NCBI GenBank assembly: GCA_035530235.1
Contig: DATKVD010000522.1
Location: forward strand, 1 to 54,451
Direction: 5' to 3'
Length of the DNA: 54,451 nt
DNA from: Planctomycetota bacterium
Lineage (GTDB): Bacteria; Planctomycetota; DG-23; DATKVD01
Shown: positions 17,992-26,810 of the stretch, piece by piece
Position numbering within the stretch: the first letter of the stretch is position 1
Layout: every line of letters starts with the position of its first letter
Made by a program: the position numbers and the translations under genes
The notes under the pieces: model-generated
Told to the model about the DNA's origin: nothing
Seen by the model: only the letters and a program-made list of their open reading frames with translations
Database searches by the model: none

Positions 17992-20087
17992 TCGACCACC
18001 ACCATTCCTAGGGACTCGATCTTGATGTCCTGCACGATCTCGTTATAGCTCAGGACGACCAGGCTGGGGATCTCCACAGCCGTCATCCGCTTCACGTGGA
18101 GTCTTATCTGCGGTGACACCAGGACCACGGGGACGTGTCCGGCGGTCGTCAGCTTCTCGCATTCCTTTGCGACCGCACGGTTGATGCGTCGTATGACGGC
18201 GGCTTCGACAGTCAGGTACGACGCGCGGTCGGTGTGCTCGATCCCGCGGCTGATGACGTCCTCGATGCCCGGGTCGAACGTCACGACGTGAATGCGGTTC
18301 TGATCGTCCACCAGACCGGCGCAGATGCTGCGTGCGAGGTTGTTCCGCACGTACTCGCCCAGTATCTCGGGATCCCGGGTCCGTGCCGCGTAGTCACTCA
18401 GGGTCTCCAGAATGACGTCCAGGTTGCGGATGGAGACCCCTTCGCTGAGCAGGCCCTGGAGTACCTTCTGGATCTCGCCGACGGTGAGCTTGCCCGGGAT
18501 CAGCTCCTCGACCACCGTCGGGGCCCGCTCCTTGAGTCGACTGATGAGCGTCTGCGTGTCCTCGCGGCTCAGCACCTCATGGGCATGGCGTCGGACGATC
18601 TCCGTGAGGTGGGTGGCGATGACCGTCGGCGAGTCCACCACCGTGTAGCCGAGCATCTCGGCCTTCTGTCGCTGTGCACCGGTAATCCAGTAGGCGGCGA
18701 GACCGAAAGCGGGCTCCGTGGTGCGGGTGCCGCCGATGGGACCACTGGTCATGCCGGAATCCATCGCCAGATACTGGTCGGGAATCGCCTCACCCGTCGC
18801 CACACGATTGCCCCGGATGCTGATCTGATAGGCGTTCGCGTCCAGCTGGACGTTGTCACGAATCCGTATCGGCGGCACGATCAGTCCCAGGTCGGTCCCC
18901 ATCTGCCGACGTATCATCGTGATGCGATCGAGCAGATCGCCGCCCTGGTTCGGGTCGACGAGTCGGATCAGTCCGTAGCCGACTTCGAGTTCGAGCGGGT
19001 CCACGCGCAGGTCCACCTGTTCGGGTGCCGGCGGCTTGGCCTCCCCCTGTTTCCGCGCCGCCTGCTGCCGTGCCGTCGCCTGCGCCTGCACCGTCTGTGC
19101 ACGCGAAACCGCCATCGCGCCCAGGCCGCAGGCAACCGCAAGTGCGGCCATCGGAGCCCACGGGAGGCCCGTGAACGCCATCAGCCCCACGAACCCCGCC
19201 GCAATGGCCAGGGCCTTGGGCTGACTCATCAACTGATTCACCAGTTCCTCACCCAGCTGCTTCTGACCCGAGGCCCGCGTCACGATGAGACCTGCAGCGA
19301 TGGAGATGACAAACGCGGGGATCTGGCTGACCAGACCGTCGCCCACCGTCAGCAGTGTGTAGGTCCTGAGCGCCTTCTCCAGTGTGAAGTTGTACATCAG
19401 CATGCCGATGATCAGTCCGCCGATGATGTTGATGATGGTAATCAGGATGCCGGCGATGGCGTCGCCACGCACGTATTTGGAGGCACCGTCCATCGCGCCG
19501 TAGAAGTCCGCCTCCCGACCGATCTCCCGACGACGCTCACGCGCCTCACCTTCCGAAATGAGTCCCGCGTTGAGGTCCGCGTCGATGGCCATCTGTTTGC
19601 CGGGCATGCCGTCCAGGGTGAACCGAGCCGCCACTTCGGAGATGCGTGTGGCGCCCTTCGTGATGACCACGAACTGAACGATGACCAGGATGGCGAAAAT
19701 GATGAACCCGACCAGGGGGTTGTTGCCCGAGACGAACTTGCCGAACGCCCGGATGACCGCGCCGGCGGCCAGTTCCCCCTTCGCCCCGGCGTTCGTCAGG
19801 ATCAGTCGGGTCGTTGCGACGTTCAGCACCAGTCGGAAAAGCGTCGTCACCAGAAGCAGCGACGGAAACACCGAGAACTCCAGGGGCCGGCTGACGTGTA
19901 TGGTCACGAGGATGATCACGATACTGAGCGTGATGTTGACCGCCAGCAGGAGGTCCATGAGCGGCGTGGGGAGCTGTGCGATGATGACACCCGGCAGTGC
20001 CACGATAAGGATCGCCATCACGAGACCCTTGTGCCGCGTGATGCCCCCCGCGCCGGTCATGCTCCCGACAGCCAGCGTATCAGCCAA
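17988..20087 (-). CDS. flhA: Flagellar type III export gate protein FlhA
   Basis: 699 aa. Polytopic N-terminal domain with FHIPEP-family sequence (GDAIAGILITIINIIGGL) and a large C-terminal cytoplasmic domain. Confidence 0.95.
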   Translation of the reverse strand: MADTLAVGSMTGAGGITRHKGLVMAILIVALPGVIIAQLPTPLMDLLLAVNITLSIVIILVTIHVSRPLEFSVFPSLLLVTTLFRLVLNVATTRLILTNAGAKGELAAGAVIRAFGKFVSGNNPLVGFIIFAILVIVQFVVITKGATRISEVAARFTLDGMPGKQMAIDADLNAGLISEGEARERRREIGREADFYGAMDGASKYVRGDAIAGILITIINIIGGLIIGMLMYNFTLEKALRTYTLLTVGDGLVSQIPAFVISIAAGLIVTRASGQKQLGEELVNQLMSQPKALAIAAGFVGLMAFTGLPWAPMAALAVACGLGAMAVSRAQTVQAQATARQQAARKQGEAKPPAPEQVDLRVDPLELEVGYGLIRLVDPNQGGDLLDRITMIRRQMGTDLGLIVPPIRIRDNVQLDANAYQISIRGNRVATGEAIPDQYLAMDSGMTSGPIGGTRTTEPAFGLAAYWITGAQRQKAEMLGYTVVDSPTVIATHLTEIVRRHAHEVLSREDTQTLISRLKERAPTVVEELIPGKLTVGEIQKVLQGLLSEGVSIRNLDVILETLSDYAARTRDPEILGEYVRNNLARSICAGLVDDQNRIHVVTFDPGIEDVISRGIEHTDRASYLTVEAAVIRRINRAVAKECEKLTTAGHVPVVLVSPQIRLHVKRMTAVEIPSLVVLSYNEIVQDIKIESLGMVVVE

Positions 20088-20107
20088 CGGTCATCTCCTC
20101 CGGCATC

Positions 20108-21196
20108 CTAAGCCACACTGGGCCGCTGCTGTGCCTTCATCCGGTTCAGCTCGTAGACGAACGCCAGGACCTCCGCCACGGCCTGGTAGAGGTCCATCGG
20201 AATCTGGTCGCCCACGTCACACATCCGGTAGAGTGCCTGTGCAAGGGGCTTTCTCTCGACGATGGGGATCTCGTGTTCCTCCGCGATCTCCCGGATTCGT
20301 CCCGCCAGCAGGCCCTTCCCCTTGGCCACGACGGTCGGGGCGGCCATCTGCCGGGCCTCGTATCGGAGTGCCACCGCCACCTCGGTGGGGTTCGTCACCA
20401 CGACGTCGGCCCTGGGCACGTCGTGCATCATCCGCTGCATGGCGATCTGACGCTGCATGCGTCGTCGACGGTCACGGGTGAGCGGGTCCCCCTCCATACG
20501 CTTCAGCTCATCCCGCACCTCCTGCTTCGTCATGCGCATGTCCTGCTTGAACTGCCATTTCTGGTAGATGTAGTCCAGAAGTGCCAGTGCCAGCAGTGCG
20601 ATGCCGATCCGCAGCGCCAGGACGAACGTGCACCCCGTGACGAAGGCGAAAATCCCGCCGACGGACGCACCGCTCAGCTCGGTGTAGACCCCGAACTGCG
20701 ATCGGATCGTGTAATAGGCGACCAGTGCCACGACCGTCACCTTGAACAGGCTCGCCATCAGTCTCACGAGACCCCGCTTGGACAGCAGTCGCTTCATCCC
20801 TTCAACGGGGTTCAGCCGGTCCAGCTTCAGCGTGAGGGGTTCACCCGTGAAGACAAACCCCGTCTGCATCACGTTGCTGAGGAAGGCGATGATGACGAGT
20901 CCCCCAATGACCGGCATCATCGCCCTGAGCAGATAAAGCCCCCCACCCCCGAAATAGGCGTAGATCTCGTGAGGTCCGACGGTCTGTACGTTCATATTGC
21001 CGAGTGCCCCGCGCGTGTAATTGAACAGCGCCGCCAGCGGATAGTGTCCCCACAGCTTCAGCACGAGGACGGCCCCCAGCAGGATCAGCGCGCCACTCAG
21101 GTCGGGGGACCGTGCCACACGTCCCTTCCGGCGCGCCTCCTGGAGCTTCCGTGGCGTCGCCTCCTCGGTGCGGTCCCCTACGTCCTGTTCCGGCAT
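20108..21196 (-). CDS. flhB: Flagellar export switch protein FlhB
   Basis: 362 aa. N-terminal EEATPRKLQEARRKG, four TM segments, and a C-terminal domain whose autocleavage motif reads NPTE (nt 20381-20392; consensus NPTH). Confidence 0.95.
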   Translation of the reverse strand: MPEQDVGDRTEEATPRKLQEARRKGRVARSPDLSGALILLGAVLVLKLWGHYPLAALFNYTRGALGNMNVQTVGPHEIYAYFGGGGLYLLRAMMPVIGGLVIIAFLSNVMQTGFVFTGEPLTLKLDRLNPVEGMKRLLSKRGLVRLMASLFKVTVVALVAYYTIRSQFGVYTELSGASVGGIFAFVTGCTFVLALRIGIALLALALLDYIYQKWQFKQDMRMTKQEVRDELKRMEGDPLTRDRRRRMQRQIAMQRMMHDVPRADVVVTNPTEVAVALRYEARQMAAPTVVAKGKGLLAGRIREIAEEHEIPIVERKPLAQALYRMCDVGDQIPMDLYQAVAEVLAFVYELNRMKAQQRPSVA

Positions 21197-21208
21197 GCCA
21201 CGCCTCCG

Positions 21209-21994
21209 CTACTTCACCGCCATGAACTGCAGCACGACTTCAAGCCGACCCATGATCCATACGAATGTTTCAGCCAGCAGTGACGCCGCTCCCGCCAGTG
21301 CAAGCGACGTCACCACCAGTCCGAGGCAGACCTTCAATGGAAACCCGATGATGAGCACGTGAATCTGCGGCACCGTCCGTGCAATGATCCCGAGTGCCAC
21401 CGTCACGAGAAACAGGGCGACAAACGTGGGGGCCGCCAGCCGGATCATCAGCATGAACATGTCACCCATCAACCCGGAAATGGTCGTGACCATGCCGGCG
21501 TGGAATCCCGCCCCCATCAGCGGGATGCGGTCGAACGTCCTCACCAGTCCCGCAATCAGGATGTGGTGTCCGTTGACGCCGACGAACACCACCAGCGCGA
21601 ACATGTAGTAGAACTGCCCCAACACGGGCACGGACGACTCGAACAGCGGATTCATGACCTGGGCCAACGCCGTGCCCATGTGGCGCGACAGCAGTGCCCC
21701 GCCCATCTGGGCCGCAACGAACACGATGTTGACCACGAACCCGCAGATCATCCCGACGGCCAACTCCCCGGCCATCCCCACGACAAGGTGCGGCCAGTCC
21801 GTGGGCATCGCAACGGCCGTCGGCCGCAACATCGGGTAAATCGCGAACGACAGCGCCACCGACGCCAGCACCCGGATCCGCCACGGGACCTCCGAGCCCC
21901 CCAGCACCGGCGTGATCACGAAGATCCCGCTGACCCGGAAAAGGACCAGCAGAAACCCCATGAACCGCTCGATCGCGAACCCCGCCAGATCCAC
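21209..21994 (-). CDS. fliR: Flagellar export apparatus protein FliR
   Basis: 261 aa polytopic membrane protein in the conserved fliP-fliQ-fliR-flhB order. Confidence 0.9.
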   Translation of the reverse strand: MDLAGFAIERFMGFLLVLFRVSGIFVITPVLGGSEVPWRIRVLASVALSFAIYPMLRPTAVAMPTDWPHLVVGMAGELAVGMICGFVVNIVFVAAQMGGALLSRHMGTALAQVMNPLFESSVPVLGQFYYMFALVVFVGVNGHHILIAGLVRTFDRIPLMGAGFHAGMVTTISGLMGDMFMLMIRLAAPTFVALFLVTVALGIIARTVPQIHVLIIGFPLKVCLGLVVTSLALAGAASLLAETFVWIMGRLEVVLQFMAVK

Positions 21995-22003
21995 CGTCCA
22001 CCT

Positions 22004-22276
22004 CTATCGCAGAAGCCCGGGCAGCCCCTGAAGCAGCTGCTGCGTGAATCCCGTTACCGTCGTCAACATCCACGGAAGAAAAATGAAGAGTGCCGCCATC
22101 ATCCCCAGGATCTTGGGAATGAACGACAGCGTCTGCTCCTGCACCTGGGTTGCGGCCTGCAGGATGCTCACCGTGATGCCGACGATGAGTCCGGTTACGA
22201 GCATGGGTGCAGCCAGCAGGAACGCCACCATGAGTGCCTGACGGCCGAGTTCGACCGCGATATCGATATTGCCCAC
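22004..22276 (-). CDS. fliQ: Flagellar export apparatus protein FliQ
   Basis: 90 aa with two TM segments. A(T)QVQEQTLSFIPKI is the conserved FliQ loop. Confidence 0.92.
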   Translation of the reverse strand: MGNIDIAVELGRQALMVAFLLAAPMLVTGLIVGITVSILQAATQVQEQTLSFIPKILGMMAALFIFLPWMLTTVTGFTQQLLQGLPGLLR

Positions 22277-22286
22277 GGCATCCCCC

Positions 22287-23099
22287 TCACAAGAAGCTTT
22301 CCACCAGTGACCGCACGACGAGGTTCCACCCGTCGGCCAGCACGAACAGCATCAGCTTGAAAGGCAGTGAGATCAGGATCGGCGGGAGCATCATCATGCC
22401 CATCGAGATCAGCACGGACGCGACCACCATGTCGATGATCAGGAACGGCAGATAGAGGATGAAGCCCATGATGAACGCAGTCTTCAACTCACTGATGATG
22501 AACGACGGCACAATGACGGTCGTCGGCACCTTGTCGATCGGCACGTCCCCGTTCACACGCGCCAGTCTCAGGAAGAGACCCAGATCGGACCGGCGGACGT
22601 GTTTCAACATGAACTGTCTCACCGGCACGATCCCACGCTCGTAGGCCTGCTTCGCCGAGATCTCACCATCCATCAGCGGCGACAGCGCCACCTCGTTCAC
22701 CTGTCCCCACACCGGCGCCATGACCATGAACGTCAGGAACAGTGCCAGACCGATGAGTATCTGGTTGGGCGGCAGCTGCTGTGTGGCCAGGGCCTGTCGG
22801 AGCAGCGACAGCACCACCACGATGCGCGTGAAGCAGGTGGTCATGATGAGAATGGCCGGGGCCAGCGACAGCACCGTGAGAAGGAACAGGATCTGAAGGG
22901 TGGTGCTGAGCTTCTGCGGCGTATCGGCCGGGCCGAAGCCCGGAAGCGTCGGCAGCGTGAGAGCCGTGTCCTTGGGCGTGTCCTGGGCCAAGGCGTCGGA
23001 ACCCAGGAGAAGCAGTCCCACGCCCAGACACAATATCAGCACCCGTCGTCGCCTCGTGCGCTCTCTCAACGCTCCCTCTCCGAAACGCCGGTCAAGCAC
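22287..23099 (-). CDS. fliP: Flagellar export apparatus protein FliP
   Basis: 270 aa. Signal-like N-terminus then conserved FliP core ([57 protein letters not shown]). Confidence 0.95.
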   Translation of the reverse strand: MLDRRFGEGALRERTRRRRVLILCLGVGLLLLGSDALAQDTPKDTALTLPTLPGFGPADTPQKLSTTLQILFLLTVLSLAPAILIMTTCFTRIVVVLSLLRQALATQQLPPNQILIGLALFLTFMVMAPVWGQVNEVALSPLMDGEISAKQAYERGIVPVRQFMLKHVRRSDLGLFLRLARVNGDVPIDKVPTTVIVPSFIISELKTAFIMGFILYLPFLIIDMVVASVLISMGMMMLPPILISLPFKLMLFVLADGWNLVVRSLVESFL

Positions 23100-23107
23100 T
23101 CACCTGC

Positions 23108-23791
23108 TCACGTACGTCCGCGGCTCCGCCACCACGTCATCTTCTGTGCAACCGCGTCCAGCTCCTGTCGAATGCCACTGAGTTCCGCCTCCCGCGCACC
23201 GTGAACGTCGTCGTCGGCGTAGCTCCCGTCTGCGTCGTCCAGACTGGTCTTGAACGACGACGCGATGCCCGGTCCTCTCTGTGCGGCCAGCTCTTCCGTC
23301 AGCCGCTTCGCCTCGGCCGGGTCCGAGATTTCGGCCAGCGGCGACATGGAGGTCCCGGTGACCCCCACCATCACGAACTTCGACCCCACCTTTACCAGAA
23401 GCAGATGCTGTTTCGACGAGATGTAGGTCCTCCCCACGACCTTCACGACACCGCTGCCGAACATGTTCCGTGCGGACGGCACATACCTGCGGATGACATA
23501 GACCACGGTGTAGATGAACACGATCACGACACCCACCCAGATGAGCATCTTCACGACCGCTTCCGCGCCCGGGAGTCCGACCGGCGTGCCGTCGCGCCCG
23601 GGCTGTGACGCCGTCCGTGCCTCGTTCCACACGTCGTCGGCGGTCTTGCCGTCGTAGGGCCCCATCACGTCGTGTCCCGTCGTGTTGTCTTCCGAGAAGC
23701 AGCAGGGGGCCGTCACAACCACCAGAACCGTGACGGCGGCGCCCAGGAGAATTGCGGTCAGACCGTCCGCGCCTCCGGTCTCTCTTGACAT
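23108..23791 (-). CDS. fliO: FliO/FliZ-like flagellar export protein (long form)
   Basis: 227 aa. TM segment LIWVGVVIVFIYTVVYVI followed by VVGRTYISSKQHLLLVKVGSKFVMVGVT, which resembles the FliO core. Position immediately upstream of fliP. Confidence 0.6.
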   Translation of the reverse strand: MSRETGGADGLTAILLGAAVTVLVVVTAPCCFSEDNTTGHDVMGPYDGKTADDVWNEARTASQPGRDGTPVGLPGAEAVVKMLIWVGVVIVFIYTVVYVIRRYVPSARNMFGSGVVKVVGRTYISSKQHLLLVKVGSKFVMVGVTGTSMSPLAEISDPAEAKRLTEELAAQRGPGIASSFKTSLDDADGSYADDDVHGAREAELSGIRQELDAVAQKMTWWRSRGRT

Positions 23792-23892
23792 CCTTTTCCC
23801 TCGTCTTTTGACGACCGTGCCGGGCCCATGTGCGAGTGGTCCGGACCCACCTCATGTGCTCGTGAAATGCGACGGACGCGTCCCTCGACGAC

Positions 23893-24342
23893 TCAGACCG
23901 CCGACGCGTCCTGTCGTTCCTCCGGTGACACGATTTCGGCGATGCGCACGCAGAAGTGATCGTTGAGAATGAGGACTTCCCCCCTCGCCACAAGTCGGTC
24001 GTTCACGAGCACGTCGACGAAATCCCCGGCCAGCTTCTCGAGCGTGACGACCGCTCCGCCCTGCATGTTCAGGATTTCCTCCACGCTCATGCGCGTCCGG
24101 CCCAGTTCGATGCGGACATTGAGCGTCACGTCCATGAGCATGTCGATGCTCCCGGCAGCACCGGCACCCGGTGCCCCGGCGCCGAGATCGTCGAATCGGG
24201 CAGGCGTCAGACCTTCCTCGCCGGCCTCCGCAGCCCCGGCTTTCTCAACCAGGGACTGAATCTCGTCCTCGGGGATTGCCGTCTCGGGGCTCTCCCCGCC
24301 CCCCGCGGGTGTCTCGACCGCGTTTCTCTCTTCCTCGGACAT
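23893..24342 (-). CDS. fliN: Flagellar motor switch protein FliN
   Basis: 149 aa. C-terminal SpoA/FliN domain (LMDVTLNVRIELGRTRMSVEEILNMQGGAVVTLEKLAGDFVDVLVNDRLVARGEVL). Confidence 0.9.
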   Translation of the reverse strand: MSEEERNAVETPAGGGESPETAIPEDEIQSLVEKAGAAEAGEEGLTPARFDDLGAGAPGAGAAGSIDMLMDVTLNVRIELGRTRMSVEEILNMQGGAVVTLEKLAGDFVDVLVNDRLVARGEVLILNDHFCVRIAEIVSPEERQDASAV

Positions 24343-24371
24343 GACGTCTCCCTCTCACCCGTCCTGAGTTC

Positions 24372-24962
24372 TCATGGAATGACATCCCACCTGTCGAAGA
24401 TCACGTCCTCGATGACCTCGGCGTCCATCAAGGCATTGAGTTTCTGCTTGATGCGACGTTTGACGTCACCCAGCTTCTCACTCCGAAGGTTCAGGTAGTC
24501 CTCACTGCCGATGATCTTCCGAATGCTTTCCTTGATGGTCGGCAGCATGTTTTTCTTGTCGGGATCGATGAACTCCTCGAACTCCAGCCGACGACTTTTC
24601 AGCACCTTGACCGTCACACTGTACTTGTAGGTCACACTGCGGTCCCCGGTCGGGGGAAGTGTGGTGGTGAACTGGTAGTCTTCAAGCAGCATCACGTTGT
24701 CGAAACCACCCTGGGCCGGGGTGCTGGCCTGTGCCGGCTCGTCGGCCGGAGACGGTTCGACCGGTCGCTCTCCCGCCGGGGCCGTGAACACGTAGACCGT
24801 GATCACCATGCCGATGACCACGACGAAGGTGACCGCTCCGACGATGAGTGCCCCGGGGCTGAAGCCGCCTGCGGGGACGGGTGCCGGGGTCTCTGCGGCC
24901 GGCTCCTGTTCCGCATCGGGGGCCTCCACCGCCTCCTCTGCTTCCACCGGTTCCTCACTCAT
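24372..24962 (-). CDS. fliL: Flagellar basal-body-associated protein FliL
   Basis: ORF is open to GTG 25004. ATG 24962 is preferred and overlaps the motB stop by 8 nt. Single TM (ALIVGAVTFVVVIGMVITVYVF) and a FliL-like C-terminal domain. Confidence 0.75.
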   Translation of the reverse strand: MSEEPVEAEEAVEAPDAEQEPAAETPAPVPAGGFSPGALIVGAVTFVVVIGMVITVYVFTAPAGERPVEPSPADEPAQASTPAQGGFDNVMLLEDYQFTTTLPPTGDRSVTYKYSVTVKVLKSRRLEFEEFIDPDKKNMLPTIKESIRKIIGSEDYLNLRSEKLGDVKRRIKQKLNALMDAEVIEDVIFDRWDVIP

Positions 24963-25695
24963 GGATCTCCCTCCTCGGGATGACGTCCTGAACCAATTCC
25001 TCACTCACCACGATCTCGACCCGGCGGTTCGCGATGCGTCCATCCCGGGTGAGGTTCGAGTCAATCGGGTCGAAGCTGCCACACGCCGAGAGTCGGAGAC
25101 GTCTTGGGTTGATGCCCTTCTGTCTGAGGTATTCCCCAACGGCGCGTGCCCGCAGAAACGACAGCTGCCAGTCCGTTGTGCCCTGCGGCACCTCCTGTGC
25201 CGAGGTGTGTCCCCGGATGAGCAGTCGATTGGGGTAGTCCTTGATCACTTCCTCGACGAGGACGTCAAGCACCTCCTTCATTTCCTGTGGAATCTCGGCG
25301 CTGCCTTCACTGAACCCGACCTTGTCTCCAACCGTGATGCACGTGCCCTTCTCGCGCAGGCTCTTGCATAGAAAGTCCTTCCCACGAACGTTCATCGATT
25401 CCGCGCCGCCGTAGACTTTCTTGAACCCCTTCGGCGTCGAAAACATCTGCAGCTTCTCGAAGATGCCGGTCGTCTTGGCATGTGTTCCCGGGGCCACCTC
25501 CGCCCCGAGATCGTATCCGAAGGCCTTCTTGACGCTCTCCAGCAGCTTCTGAAACTTCTCGTCTTTGATCTCCGACATCGCGACGAGCATGATGAAGAAG
25601 CACAACAGCAGACTCATCATGTCGCCATAGGTGACCATCCAGGCCGGTGCCCCGGCTTCCGGCTCTTCCTGTTTGGCCTTCGCACGTTCCGCCAT
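24955..25695 (-). CDS. motB: Flagellar stator protein MotB
   Basis: ORF is open to 25803. ATG 25695 is preferred and overlaps the motA stop at 25709. TM with the conserved Asp (VTYGDMMSLLLCFF). C-terminal OmpA-like domain (NRRVEIVV). Confidence 0.85.
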   Translation of the reverse strand: MAERAKAKQEEPEAGAPAWMVTYGDMMSLLLCFFIMLVAMSEIKDEKFQKLLESVKKAFGYDLGAEVAPGTHAKTTGIFEKLQMFSTPKGFKKVYGGAESMNVRGKDFLCKSLREKGTCITVGDKVGFSEGSAEIPQEMKEVLDVLVEEVIKDYPNRLLIRGHTSAQEVPQGTTDWQLSFLRARAVGEYLRQKGINPRRLRLSACGSFDPIDSNLTRDGRIANRRVEIVVSEELVQDVIPRREIHE

Positions 25696-25708
25696 GACGT
25701 CCGTCCAC

Positions 25709-26494
25709 TCAGGCAGCCTTCTTGGCGTCCTTGTCCTCGGTCTTTCGCAGTCTGGCCGGGAGGAAGGTCCGGAGCTTCTGTTCGACGATGCGGGGGTTGT
25801 CACCGGACTGAATGGCCATCACCCCGCGGATGACGATCTCCTTCATGAGGACCTCCTCCTCACTTCGTGTCCCAAGCTTGTCGGCTATGGGACCGAAGAC
25901 GAGGTTGCCGGCAACGGCACCGTACAACGTGGTCAGCAGTGCCACGGCCATCCCGCCGCCGATCTTGCTGGGGTCATCCATGTGCTGCAGCATGATGATG
26001 AGACCGACGAGTGTTCCGATCATCCCGAAGGCCGGGGCGTATTTGGTCAGGGCATCAAAGATCTTCTTTCCGACCTTGTGACGTTCCGTCAATGCTTCGA
26101 GTTCACTGATCATGATCTGTTCGATCATCTCCGGGTCGGTGCCGTCCACGGCCATCTGTATGCCGCGGACGATGAACTCGTCCTCCATGTCGCCGGTCAT
26201 GTTCTCGAGGGCCAGGATCCCGTCGCGACGGGCGATTTCCGCATAGGACACGAGGTCCTTGATGAGCTTCTGCGGATCGGTCCGGTCGGCGAACACCACC
26301 TTCTTCAGCACCTTGGTGACCTGGAACACACGGTACAGGGGAAAGCTCACCAACAGCGCCGCGAAGCTTCCCCCCACCACGATGAGCACCGACCCCGTGT
26401 CCTTGAACGTGGTCAGCGGCTCCCCCTGGGTCATGATCGCCAGGGCGATCAGTCCGAGGCCCGCCACCATCCCAATGATGGTCCCCAGATCCAT
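25709..26494 (-). CDS. motA: Flagellar stator protein MotA
   Basis: 261 aa, four TM segments, MotA/TolQ/ExbB core (YAPAFGMIGTLVGLIIML, ALLTTLYGAVAGN). Confidence 0.9.
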   Translation of the reverse strand: MDLGTIIGMVAGLGLIALAIMTQGEPLTTFKDTGSVLIVVGGSFAALLVSFPLYRVFQVTKVLKKVVFADRTDPQKLIKDLVSYAEIARRDGILALENMTGDMEDEFIVRGIQMAVDGTDPEMIEQIMISELEALTERHKVGKKIFDALTKYAPAFGMIGTLVGLIIMLQHMDDPSKIGGGMAVALLTTLYGAVAGNLVFGPIADKLGTRSEEEVLMKEIVIRGVMAIQSGDNPRIVEQKLRTFLPARLRKTEDKDAKKAA

Positions 26495-26506
26495 GTCCGT
26501 GCTCCC

Positions 26507-26704
26507 TCAGGACGCCTGCGGGTAAATGCGCAGCTGTCGTCCGTATTCGATGACCCGACCGACCACCTGTTCGGGCGTCTCCCGCACGATAATTTTGTCG
26601 CCGGTCGTGAGCGTCACGATCGTATCAGGCGTGCGCTCCACAAATTTGATCAGATCCGCGTTGATGATCACCGTGCGGTCGTCGAGTCTCGTCACCTCAA
26701 TCAT
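26507..26704 (-). CDS. flbD: Flagellar protein FlbD
   Basis: 65 aa. MIEVTRLDDRTVIINADLIKFVERTPDTIVTLTTGDKIIVRE matches the FlbD family pattern. Position just upstream of motA, as in Firmicutes and spirochaetes. Confidence 0.85.
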   Translation of the reverse strand: MIEVTRLDDRTVIINADLIKFVERTPDTIVTLTTGDKIIVRETPEQVVGRVIEYGRQLRIYPQAS

Positions 26705-26732
26705 CTCCTCTTCCCCTGACGGGTGAGCCGGC

Positions 26733-26783
26733 GGGACGCTGCGAGCTCGTGACCCTTCGTCCCGGCACGTCTCGCAGCGTCCC
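26733..26783 (-). promoter_or_regulatory. Stem-loop between flgE and flbD (13-bp perfect stem, 25-nt loop)
   Basis: GGGACGCTGCGAG (26733-26745) is the exact reverse complement of CTCGCAGCGTCCC (26771-26783). Sits 27 nt after the flgE stop and 28 nt before the flbD start. No U-tract follows on the mRNA strand. Confidence 0.4.
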
Positions 26784-26810
26784 CCTTACACCCCCTGCAG
26801 TGAGAGCGTG

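Noticed and set aside
23807-23822. CGGCACGGTCGTCAAA (minus strand) in the fliN-fliO gap, as a possible sigma-54 promoter.
   Set aside because: The -24 half is good (GGCAC), but the -12 position lacks the invariant GC (TCAAA).
24963-25004. N-terminal extensions offered by the ORF track: fliL from GTG 25004, motB from 25803, fliI from 33761, FlgN-like from 41254, DUF1844 from 46638.
   Set aside because: Each extension overlaps the upstream gene by 40-160 nt and translates to R/S/G/P-rich filler. In each case an internal ATG sits at or near the upstream stop codon (overlaps of 8-15 nt for four of the genes; the FlgN-like ATG lies 50 nt downstream of the TPR stop and has its own RBS), and the recognisable homology begins there.
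26740-26755. GGGTCACGAGCTCGCA (minus strand) in the flgE-flbD spacer has GG-N10-GC spacing.
   Set aside because: Apart from the GG and GC dinucleotides it does not resemble TGGCAC/TTGCA, and it is embedded in the 13-bp stem-loop. Chance occurrence is likely in GC-rich DNA.
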